From NCBI GenBank assembly GCA_963722305.1, contig CAVRKE010000001.1:309549-373548 (forward strand): a DNA stretch of 64,000 bases, read 5' to 3'. This document shows positions 29,058 through 39,005 of the stretch, one piece after another. The notes beneath the pieces were generated by a model. That model was not told the DNA's origin and did no database searches. It saw only the letters and a program-made list of their open reading frames with translations. Position numbers and translations under genes: made by a program. Each line of letters opens with the position of its first letter. Positions within the stretch are counted from its first letter, which is position 1. The stretch comes from Candidatus Levyibacteriota bacterium (lineage in GTDB: Bacteria > Patescibacteriota > Microgenomatia > Levybacterales > UBA12049).

Positions 29058-29537
29058 TTAATGAACCCAATTAACTACTTTCGGCACTTTAGCAAGTCTT
29101 AATAAATTCTGTTCACCTACTTGCGGCACATTAGCAAGTCTGAATAAATTCCGTTGTATTTCGGCTGGTGTTAAAGGCGTATATCCTTCCGGCAAATTAC
29201 CTGCTATAAATCTTTCCATTAATCTTCCTTGCTCATCATATCGATAAATAATCGTGTTACTGGGAACCACGAACCGCTCTCCGTCAGACCCCCTGAATCC
29301 TACGTATTCTCCGTCTCGATTGTGTATCTGTACAATCGGTCTTCCGGTTTCTTTCGATGTGAATGTTCCAAACTCATAACCTAGTAGACGAGACATTCTC
29401 TCGTCTGTTTGGGCTAATTCTTGTAACTGAGCATGTCTTTCGGCCGCTTGTTCTTCTGGATTATCTCCTTCTAGCATATTACTTAAAATTATACTACAAG
29501 ATGCACCAAAAAACAAAAAAATGTAGGCCGTAGGCAC
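29058..29537 (-). CDS. Hypothetical protein (159 aa; probable start at the internal MLEGDNPEE) with a C-terminal internal repeat
   Basis: C-terminal NLFRLANVPQV / NLLRLAKVPKV, encoded by an imperfect 30-nt direct repeat at 29086-29150. Confidence 0.4.
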   Translation of the reverse strand: MPTAYIFLFFGASCSIILSNMLEGDNPEEQAAERHAQLQELAQTDERMSRLLGYEFGTFTSKETGRPIVQIHNRDGEYVGFRGSDGERFVVPSNTIIYRYDEQGRLMERFIAGNLPEGYTPLTPAEIQRNLFRLANVPQVGEQNLLRLAKVPKVVNWVH

Positions 29538-29553
29538 ACAAACGTCTAAAATT

Positions 29554-29582
29554 TGGGGTTGAAAACTTAAAGTTGTATAATA
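29554..29582 (+). promoter_or_regulatory. Island promoter motif copy 3 (TTGGGG-17-TATAAT)
   Basis: AAAATTTGGGGTTGAAAAC...TATAAT; the ORF-track TTG start at 29573 lies inside the -10 box, so the true start is probably the GTG at 29588 (leaderless). Confidence 0.5.
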
Positions 29583-30106
29583 GCCTCGTGAAAATTAATT
29601 TTTATCCCGAACAGAATAATCTAAAATTCGCAAAAGCCGCCAAAGAATACCGGATGATTTGGGGGAAAGAAGGCAAAAAAATAACCGCAACGATTGAAAA
29701 AATAAGCGGTTTAAAGTTTAAAGAAAAGATAATCAACGCCTTAATCTATGACGAAATCTCATATTCCGTACCGTTGCAACTTCAGGCCGAGATGTCAATT
29801 AAACATAAAAAGGGCACTTTGGTTCATGAGCTGTGCCACCGACTGGTGGTAGGAAACCATATTAAGCTCAAAGCCGAAAAAACCTACAACAGCTGGAACA
29901 TGGCTATTCATAAACACATTGACCTGATTCTTTACGACATTCTGGTTGAGCTTTACGGAGAAAGTTTTGCCAAAGAAGAAATAAAATATGAAATCAGCCT
30001 TTGGAACCAAAAAGGAGTTAGCCCTTATAAAATTGCCTGGGACACCGTTTTAAAAATGGCCAAAGAACAGCGCCGCCGGGAATTTCAAAAATATCTTAAA
30101 AAATAA
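29573..30106 (+). CDS. Hypothetical protein with an HExxH (HELCH) motif; the start is probably 29588
   Basis: A single HExxH at residues 85-89; Lys-rich; no other identifiable domain. Confidence 0.45.
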   Translation: MYNSLVKINFYPEQNNLKFAKAAKEYRMIWGKEGKKITATIEKISGLKFKEKIINALIYDEISYSVPLQLQAEMSIKHKKGTLVHELCHRLVVGNHIKLKAEKTYNSWNMAIHKHIDLILYDILVELYGESFAKEEIKYEISLWNQKGVSPYKIAWDTVLKMAKEQRRREFQKYLKK

Positions 30107-30379
30107 CTGCGAAAATCGAGCGAAAGTCGAGCGAAAGCGAGATGCCCTAAGACAAATAAAATTTGGGTTGCCCCATTACGGCATGTTCTAACGAAATATT
30201 TCAATATGTCTATTGACAAATAATTATTTATAGGCTATCTTGTTTAAGATAATAAAGATCCTGCCCAATATATATTATCGGCGGCAATGAAATATATTTT
30301 GAGCTTTGAAACACCCGGTTTTTAAACTTAATTCAAGTTTTAAAAAGGGTGTTTTTTTAAAAGGAAAGGAGGTGAAAAA

Positions 30380-30826
30380 ATGAAAAAAATATTACTATCT
30401 TTAGTTTTAAGCATCGCAGTTTTAAGCGTTGCTTTGGTAACAACGCCTAAAGTCCAGGCGGCAACATGCAACGGAAATCCATACATCATAACCTATGTAG
30501 GAATTAATTTTACACTAACTAGTAAAACCTGGTGCTCCACATATAATTACGAAAAGGGAGATAGTTGGTATTCAATTGCTGTAGCAAATGTGGGTGAAGC
30601 CTGGAACGACAATATAGGTTCCATAAAAATGGTCGGCTGGCCTTATGGTAGCGTACTTCATTATTATCTTGATCAAAATTACAACCTTAGTTGTACTAAT
30701 TGCATGAAACTTACGACTACGGTTAACTCAACTCCTGAGACCATCCCGAATGTTTATGCTTATCATTGGCCAACTGGTCTTGGAAATATTAACACAATCT
30801 CATCTTTTGATGGAATAAGTCCATAA
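30380..30826 (+). CDS. Small secreted Cys-containing protein (148 aa, Sec signal peptide)
   Basis: MKKILLSLVLSIAVLSVALVTTPKVQA/ATCNG; strong RBS AAAGGAGGTGAAAAAATG; 4 Cys in the mature part; terminator downstream. Confidence 0.6.
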   Translation: MKKILLSLVLSIAVLSVALVTTPKVQAATCNGNPYIITYVGINFTLTSKTWCSTYNYEKGDSWYSIAVANVGEAWNDNIGSIKMVGWPYGSVLHYYLDQNYNLSCTNCMKLTTTVNSTPETIPNVYAYHWPTGLGNINTISSFDGISP

Positions 30827-30867
30827 AAGAATGGGGGAATTATTGAAATAGAACTGGCTTTTCTTTT

Positions 30868-30912
30868 CGTTTGCCAAAGAAAGGCCGGTTTTGGGTGTTA
30901 AAAATCAATTTT
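30868..30912 (+). terminator. Rho-independent terminator after the secreted-protein gene
   Basis: GGCTTTTCTTT-tcgtttgcc-AAAGAAAGGCC stem followed by GGTTTTGGG. Confidence 0.45.
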
Positions 30913-30951
30913 AATCTCGGGTCAGAGGCGTAGAAAATTTGGGGCGGAAAA

Positions 30952-31284
30952 CTATTCAGGAATTTGCAGTCCAACGTGTTGTTCGAGACGGACGATTCTT
31001 TTTCTTTGTTGCATCTGTTCTTCGTCAAGCATCCTCAGCATTGTGCTTTGGTCGCGCTTTACCTGAGAAACATCTCTTTGAATTTTCTTAATCTGATTAG
31101 CTTCATCATCAAGCTTAATTTCAACATTTTTAGTTCTGTTATCCAGCGCACCGATATTCGCTTGAACTTGCATTCTGGATAATCTAATTTGGCTTTCCAA
31201 AGTTTGGGTTGAATCTTTAACTTCTACTTCTACCTCCTGGCGGACAACTTTTCTAATCTGATCTAAATCATTTTTCGTTAACAT
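30952..31284 (-). CDS. Hypothetical charged coiled-coil protein (110 aa)
   Basis: Heptad-like Q/E/K/R-rich sequence. Confidence 0.4.
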   Translation of the reverse strand: MLTKNDLDQIRKVVRQEVEVEVKDSTQTLESQIRLSRMQVQANIGALDNRTKNVEIKLDDEANQIKKIQRDVSQVKRDQSTMLRMLDEEQMQQRKRIVRLEQHVGLQIPE

Positions 31285-31419
31285 AGAATAAAAAGTATAA
31301 TGCTGGTTAGATAACCTGTCAATCTATCAAACATTATCAAAAAAACTGTCGAGAACCGAGAAGATTTGTGGCGGCAACAATCTCGGCGCAAATATAAATT
31401 TGATATACTCAAATAGCTT

Positions 31420-32262
31420 ATGTGGATTTTATTTACCTTATTAACAGCAGCCGTTTGGGGAGTAGGGCAGGTGTTTGCCAAAAAAGGCTTAAGTCATACA
31501 ACACCTCTTTTTAATAACCTGTTGGGAGCTTGCCTGTTTTTCATATTGGCGGTTCCTTTTGCTCTATCAAACGGAGCTAATTTTTCCGAAGTCCCACGGA
31601 TTTTTCTGCCTACCTGCGTCATTGCCGCTTTACTGCTTGTCTACTACTATGTAATAAACCTAGAAAAAGTATCTTTATCCGGTACTATACAGTCCAGCTA
31701 TCCGTTATTTACAATTATTCTGTCTTTTATCTTTTTGCACGAAAACCCAAGCCTTCTGCAAAAATTGGCTGCGTTGATAGTTTTGGCCGGTACGGTAATT
31801 TTGGCTGCCGGAGAAGACATTGTTCTCTCCAAAAGAATCCGTTTCGGCAGATGGTTTTGGATAGCGCTTGCCGGAGCGGTAATGGCAGGAACCAGTGATT
31901 TTTTCGCCAAAACTATCTTAAACCACACCAATACTTACTCTTATATCTTAACTTATGCTATCGCTTATATGTGTGTAGCTGTTCTTAGTGCTTTAATTGA
32001 CAAAAACGGCAGAAAATTACCAAAACTTAACCAAAAAATTATTCCCACATTCTTGGGCGTTTCAATGATGGAACTGGGGACAATTACATTTTATCTGGCA
32101 ATCTCTTTAGGGCTGGTTTCGGTCGTCAGTCCGGCCAGTTCGTTTTATGTCGGGATAACCGCGGTGTTAGCCTGGATTTTCTTAAAGGAAAAAGTGAATA
32201 AACTCCAAGTGTTAGGAGTAATCCTGTCGGCCATAGGCGTCATATTTTTGGGGATAATGTAG
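31420..32262 (+). CDS. EamA/DMT-family transporter (second copy in the island)
   Basis: 10 predicted TM segments; 280 aa. Confidence 0.6.
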   Translation: MWILFTLLTAAVWGVGQVFAKKGLSHTTPLFNNLLGACLFFILAVPFALSNGANFSEVPRIFLPTCVIAALLLVYYYVINLEKVSLSGTIQSSYPLFTIILSFIFLHENPSLLQKLAALIVLAGTVILAAGEDIVLSKRIRFGRWFWIALAGAVMAGTSDFFAKTILNHTNTYSYILTYAIAYMCVAVLSALIDKNGRKLPKLNQKIIPTFLGVSMMELGTITFYLAISLGLVSVVSPASSFYVGITAVLAWIFLKEKVNKLQVLGVILSAIGVIFLGIM

Positions 32263-32319
32263 CCGCGGCAAAAAATGGAAAAATTCGGGGCGGAAAGTTA
32301 TCTATGATAAGATATTTTT

Positions 32320-32574
32320 ATGACTGCGACATGGCCATTGGAATTTCCGGGCATTAGAACAACAGATAAAGTTACGCCAAAACCTGCAGCTAAAACCGCA
32401 GTAATTCCAAAAACAGATACGGCAAAAACCAATAACGCCGCCAGCGCCATGCTTGCCGCCGAAGCCGCAGTCGCTATTTCAACGGTCAGTGGAAAACGGG
32501 TTACAACCCAAGAAACGCTATCGCTGAGCTCTCTTCCTCTCCAAAAACTGGCACCGAGACGGAAAAAAATCTAG
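32320..32574 (+). CDS. Hypothetical protein (84 aa, Ala/Thr/Lys-rich)
   Basis: ORF preceded by motif copy 6 (TTCGGG-17-ATAAGAT). Confidence 0.3.
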   Translation: MTATWPLEFPGIRTTDKVTPKPAAKTAVIPKTDTAKTNNAASAMLAAEAAVAISTVSGKRVTTQETLSLSSLPLQKLAPRRKKI

Positions 32575-32594
32575 GAGAAAATTTGGGGCAGAGC

Positions 32595-32999
32595 CTATTG
32601 TCCTGTTACCAATATTGCTAATTCTCTTCTACTTCTCGTATGCGTATCAAAATTTGCATCAACCCCTTTAATTCCTCTTGTATCCAAACCAATTACCCTT
32701 GAATTGGGAAAAGATTCTCTGACTCTCTCAATCAATGTTTCTTCCGGAACAGAAAATGGGACTTGTCGAAGTGGACCGCCTAATATTACAACATCGACCA
32801 CTTCGCCTTGTTTGCTTAATTGCTGTACATGTCTTTCCGCAGCGTATGAATTAGTAGCTGCTCCCACAACCCGATGTCCTTCTCTATTTAATGCATCAGT
32901 AATACCTTTGAGGTCAGCAAAATCAGGTATTATTACCAATACTCCTGCTTCTTTCGGCATAATGGAGGGAATTATACTACAAGCTAGAAAATAAAACAA
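32595..32999 (-). CDS. Hypothetical protein, possibly a degenerate receiver/Rossmann-like fold (probable start at the internal MPKEAG at 32960)
   Basis: VLVIIPDF...VVDVVILGG alternates beta and alpha elements, but the Asp pocket of a true REC domain is absent. Confidence 0.3.
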   Translation of the reverse strand: MFYFLACSIIPSIMPKEAGVLVIIPDFADLKGITDALNREGHRVVGAATNSYAAERHVQQLSKQGEVVDVVILGGPLRQVPFSVPEETLIERVRESFPNSRVIGLDTRGIKGVDANFDTHTRSRRELAILVTGQ

Positions 33000-33051
33000 A
33001 ACGGAGAAAAACTTGGGACCAGGTTGACTTTCGCCTTCCTAATAATTATAC

Positions 33052-33390
33052 TTGCTAGCCATGTTTAGAGGAGAACTCGACGAGGCATACACTCGGCCCT
33101 TTCCGGGCAGTGATTTCTTTACAAGCGAACAGGCCAGACACATTAATGCAGCGCTTGATTTTGCCTGCGAATTCGACAATTTGCACGGGAAGCCATTAGA
33201 TAAAACAATAAAGATAAGCGCAGCGCAAAGGCGTTTAATTATGCGCGCCAACGCTCAGGTAGTCTTCCAAACAGCACTGGCGCTCGGAGAAACAATCAAA
33301 GGAGATGAAATTATGAGAATACTTGAAGTCGGCCACCCTAGAGAGATGCTTCCCATCGCCACGCGCAGCCACCTTTTTGAAAGATCCTAA
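33052..33390 (+). CDS. Hypothetical protein (112 aa)
   Basis: ORF preceded by TTGACT-17-TATACT. Confidence 0.35.
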   Translation: MLAMFRGELDEAYTRPFPGSDFFTSEQARHINAALDFACEFDNLHGKPLDKTIKISAAQRRLIMRANAQVVFQTALALGETIKGDEIMRILEVGHPREMLPIATRSHLFERS

Positions 33391-33467
33391 AACTAAATTT
33401 AACCGGGGCCAAGCGAAAGCGAGGTGCCCGGAGGCAAAAATTTCGGGCGGAAAACCCATAGTTGTAT

Positions 33468-33510
33468 AAGTTACGAAATGTCGAATATGTTTCGTAACTT
33501 ATACACTCTT
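33468..33510 (+). other. Perfect 15-bp inverted repeat hairpin (GTATAAGTTACGAAA-13 nt-TTTCGTAACTTATAC) directly downstream of motif copy 9
   Basis: Stem arms 33468-33482 and 33496-33510; the left arm overlaps the TATAAG -10 of the motif promoter. Confidence 0.7.
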
Positions 33511-33576
33511 ACCTTCTGAAACTATGATTGGGAATACGTAGAATCGTTTATCAACTTTTTGCTATAATTATCTTAA

Positions 33577-33864
33577 GTGAATATTGTACTTATTACTATT
33601 ATTGTTGGGGTTTTGACGACCATTTTGTCCGTCATTATTAAAATCGTTGGTTTTCCGGATCAGATGGTCAAAAATTTCAAGCGCAAATCCACCGAAGGAG
33701 TCTCCACCACTTTTTACGTGTTATCCGTTATCACTTATATTGTCTGGACAATTTACGGATTGTTGAGAAGTGATATTGTAGTAGTTATATCTCAAGCATT
33801 GGGAATTGTTACCACCGGCATAATTGTCTACCAGATTTTTATTTATAGAAGAAAGAAAAAGTAG
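33577..33864 (+). CDS. SemiSWEET / PQ-loop (MtN3-like) 3-TM sugar transporter
   Basis: 95 aa, 3 TM, with GFPDQMVKNFKRKSTEGVS matching the PQ-loop consensus (G.PQ....K.KS..G.S). Confidence 0.55.
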   Translation: MNIVLITIIVGVLTTILSVIIKIVGFPDQMVKNFKRKSTEGVSTTFYVLSVITYIVWTIYGLLRSDIVVVISQALGIVTTGIIVYQIFIYRRKKK

Positions 33865-33898
33865 ATTTCTACTAGAAATCTACCTCATTTTCTGCTAA

Positions 33899-35941
<2,043 letters not shown>

Positions 35942-35974
35942 ACGTGCGCAGTCCAGCAGTTAAGCAGGGCGAAA

Positions 35975-36003
35975 CATGCAAATTTAGACATTTAATTTGC
36001 ATG
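35975..36003. other. Inverted repeat CATGCAAATT-9 nt-AATTTGCATG between the two gyrB-end repeat copies
   Basis: 10-bp perfect arms. Confidence 0.6.
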
Positions 36004-36030
36004 CGCCGTGCTGACGCGAAGCGAGCAGGA

Positions 36031-36065
36031 CTAAGCACGCTAACCTTGATATATAATAGTATCCC
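36031..36065 (+). repeat. Direct repeat, copy B (a duplicated gyrB 3' end)
   Basis: See copy A. Confidence 0.85.
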
Positions 36066-36557
36066 TTGACCTTTACGTCTTATAATGTTATAATCCGCTC
36101 AACTATGGTGCCTTTCATATCGCGAGAATATCAACGACTAATTCCTACTAATCCAAATCGATGGCATAGAAAAGGGTTTGAAGATACAGATACTGCATCC
36201 GTTGAACTAGGTAGTGATACGCCACTCAGCGTTGGTGAACTGGAAGGTAGATTAAGAATTGCGGCCACCGAAATTTTTGTAAAAGGAAAAAGAACTTCTA
36301 GAGTCTCGTTTTTACCAAGGAGAGAAGGCGAACAAGCAGTGACTGTTCTTTTCCGTCCGGCTGTTGAACAAGGACAAGTGGTCCGCTTAAAAGCTGCGCC
36401 CGACGCTCTTCAAGGATTACTCCGTGTCAATTTGTCTTTGGTTAATGGAGACGGAAAGGTTGCAAGAAGAATTATTAGAGGCAATCGGATGACTTACCCT
36501 GCTTTATTAGAACGCTTAGCCGACTTGCCACAATTACAACCTGCTCCAAATCGATAA
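36066..36557 (+). CDS. Hypothetical protein (163 aa)
   Basis: ORF with TTGACC-17-TATAAT upstream. Confidence 0.4.
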   Translation: MTFTSYNVIIRSTMVPFISREYQRLIPTNPNRWHRKGFEDTDTASVELGSDTPLSVGELEGRLRIAATEIFVKGKRTSRVSFLPRREGEQAVTVLFRPAVEQGQVVRLKAAPDALQGLLRVNLSLVNGDGKVARRIIRGNRMTYPALLERLADLPQLQPAPNR

Positions 36558-36893
36558 TTTTTTTTAAATAAACTGGAAGTAATTTTCCTATCCCATAATT
36601 GTTTGACATTTCGGTTTTTATAGCTTTTGATTCCCGAAAAAGAAATCAACGGAAAAAGAATTTTTGACACCCTGGAAATTCTGGCCAAAGCAACCGTCAG
36701 AGAAATACTTTCCCAAAATCAGTCTTGAAATAAACCCTGATTGATGATTTAAGATTTATGATTTTAGAATTCTTTAATCCTTAATCATTCACCTGCCCGC
36801 ATTGCTATGCAAAGCATTGCAGACGGGTCATTAATCATTACTTTAAGCCTTGAAATAGGACTAAAACTTATTTATAATGGTTAGGTTGTCTTT

Positions 36894-38913
36894 ATGGATT
36901 TATCTTTGATTTTTCAACATAAACTAATCATTTCGCTCCTCGCCGGAGCCCTTTCCATCGCCTACGCCTTATTCTTAAGCTACAGGGTTTTATCTCATCC
37001 AAGAGGCGATGCCAAAATGAATGCTATTTCCGACGCCATTGCCGAAGGCGCCATGGCTTACATGAAAAGACAGTACACGGTTGTGGCCATTATCGGAGTA
37101 GTGATTGCGGCCATTTTGTATCTTGTTTTTGGAGCCATTACCGCTGCCGGTTTTGCCCTTGGGGCAATTTTTAGCGCGGTTGCCGGAGTGGTCGGTATGT
37201 CGATTGCGGTTCGAAGCAATATCCGCACCGCCCAGGCGGCGAAAAAAGGTTTGGGGGAAGCTTTTGGTTTAGCCTTTCAAGGCGGGACAGTGACCGGTTT
37301 AATGGTGGCGGGACTGGCTTTAATCGCCGTTTCCGGATTTTACTGGGTACTGGAAAGAGTAGCGGGCGGGAATTTACAGCCATTGATCGCGCTTGGTTTC
37401 GGCGGTTCTCTGATTTCGGTTTTTGCCAGACTCGGCGGAGGAATTTTTACAAAATCAGCCGATGTTGGAACGGATATGGTCGGAAAAATTGAGAAGGGGA
37501 TTCCCGAAGACGACCCACGAAACCCCGGCGTAATTGCCGATTTGGTAGGGGATAATGTCGGAGACGACGCCGGCATGGCCGCCGATTTATTTGAGACTTA
37601 CGTCATTACCGCGGTCGCGGCGATGATTTTGGGGCACTTAACTTTCCCGGGAAACGGTGCGGTTTTGTTTTATCCAATGTTAATCGGTGCCATCTCGATT
37701 GTCGCCTCGATTATCGGCACCTGGTTTGTCAGGATGATGGGGAAGGGCGGGGTCATGCAGGCTTTGTACCAGGGACTAATTGTGGCCATGCTGGTTTCTG
37801 TGGCCGGATTTTACCTTTTAACCAACGGCATTTTTCCGGAAGGCTTAGGAAAAATTTCCACTCTGCAGCTTTTTTCAACTTCGCTAATCGGACTGGTTGT
37901 TACTTTAGGCATGGTGATTATCACCGAATTTTATACTTCGAAAAAATTCGGCCCGGTCAAAACCATTGCCAAGGCGTCGACCACCGGACACGGCACTAAC
38001 ATTATTGCCGGCCTGGCAGTGTCGATGAAATCAACCACCGCGCCAATTATTTTAATTGCCGCTGCTATTTTTGTTGCTTATGCTTTGGCCGGACTTTACG
38101 GCGTAGCCATTGCGGCCATGAGCATGCTGTCGCTTTGCGGAATTATTGTCGCCATTGATGCATTCGGGCCAATCACCGATAATGCCGGCGGAATTGCGGA
38201 AATGGCCGGACTTGATCAGAAAGTCCGCGATATTACCGATCCGCTGGACGCGGTCGGCAACACCACCAAGGCGGTAACCAAAGCTTATGCCATCGGCTCT
38301 GCGGGTCTGGCGGCTCTGGTTTTGTTTGCCAGTTACACCCAGGAATTAAAAGTCAGTGTTTTTTCTTTGTCCGACCCGACAGTTCTCGTCGGACTATTCA
38401 TCGGCGGGGCCTTGCCGTATCTGTTTGCCAGTTTGGCAATGGAGGCAGTCGGCAAAGCCAGCGTTTCAATTGTTGATGAAGTCAGAAGACAATTTAGGGA
38501 AATTAAGGGGCTGATGAAAGGCACTGCCAAACCGGAATACGGCAAAGCGGTGGACATTGTCACCAAAGCGGCCATCAGGGAAATGATATTACCAACCGTC
38601 ATCACGGTTTTAGCCCCAATTGTGGTCGGATTTTTATTAGGGCCGAAGGCCCTCGGGGGACTTACTGATGGGCAGCATTATTACCGGTCTGTTTGTGGCC
38701 ATTTCGATGACCACCGGCGGAGCGGCCTGGGATAACACCAAAAAATATATTGAAGAAGGTGCATACGGCGGCAAAGGCGGTTTTGCCCACCAAGCGGCGG
38801 TAACCGGCGACACCGTCGGCGACCCTTACAAAGACACTGCCGGACCGGCAATTAATCCGATGATTAAGGTGTTGAATATCGTTGCTTTATTAATCGCACC
38901 CTTTCTGATCTAA
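36894..38913 (+). pseudogene. hppA: Membrane-bound proton/sodium-translocating pyrophosphatase (V-PPase) interrupted by a +1 frameshift near 38663
   Basis: The N-terminal 590 aa (36894-38735) and the C-terminal 81 aa (38668-38913, ...[15 protein letters not shown]...[18 protein letters not shown]...) are both canonical V-PPase sequence but sit in different frames; deleting one nt near 38663 restores ...LGGLLMGSII... Confidence 0.8.
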
Positions 38914-39005
38914 TTTTTAATTTAAAATTTTAAATTTTTAATCAAATCCTAATGCTTTAATCATTCATTAGAAATTAAGAATTAGAAATTAGAAATTTTA
39001 TTGTT

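Noticed and set aside
30933-31110. TTG-initiated about 58-aa ORF starting inside motif copy 5 (GGAGAAAATTTGGGG read as RBS plus TTG start)
   Set aside because: The other motif copies do not give open reading frames (for example copy 9 has TTC). The ORF is antisense to a more plausible coiled-coil gene and has junk-like composition.
28391-33460. CRISPR array or integron attC interpretation of the nine AAAATTTGGGGCGGAAAAC repeats
   Set aside because: Spacing is irregular (297-1345 bp) and each interval contains a protein-coding gene. The repeats are 19-20 nt with variable flanks, have no attC-like extended imperfect palindrome, and no cas or intI gene is present. A promoter or regulatory element fits better.
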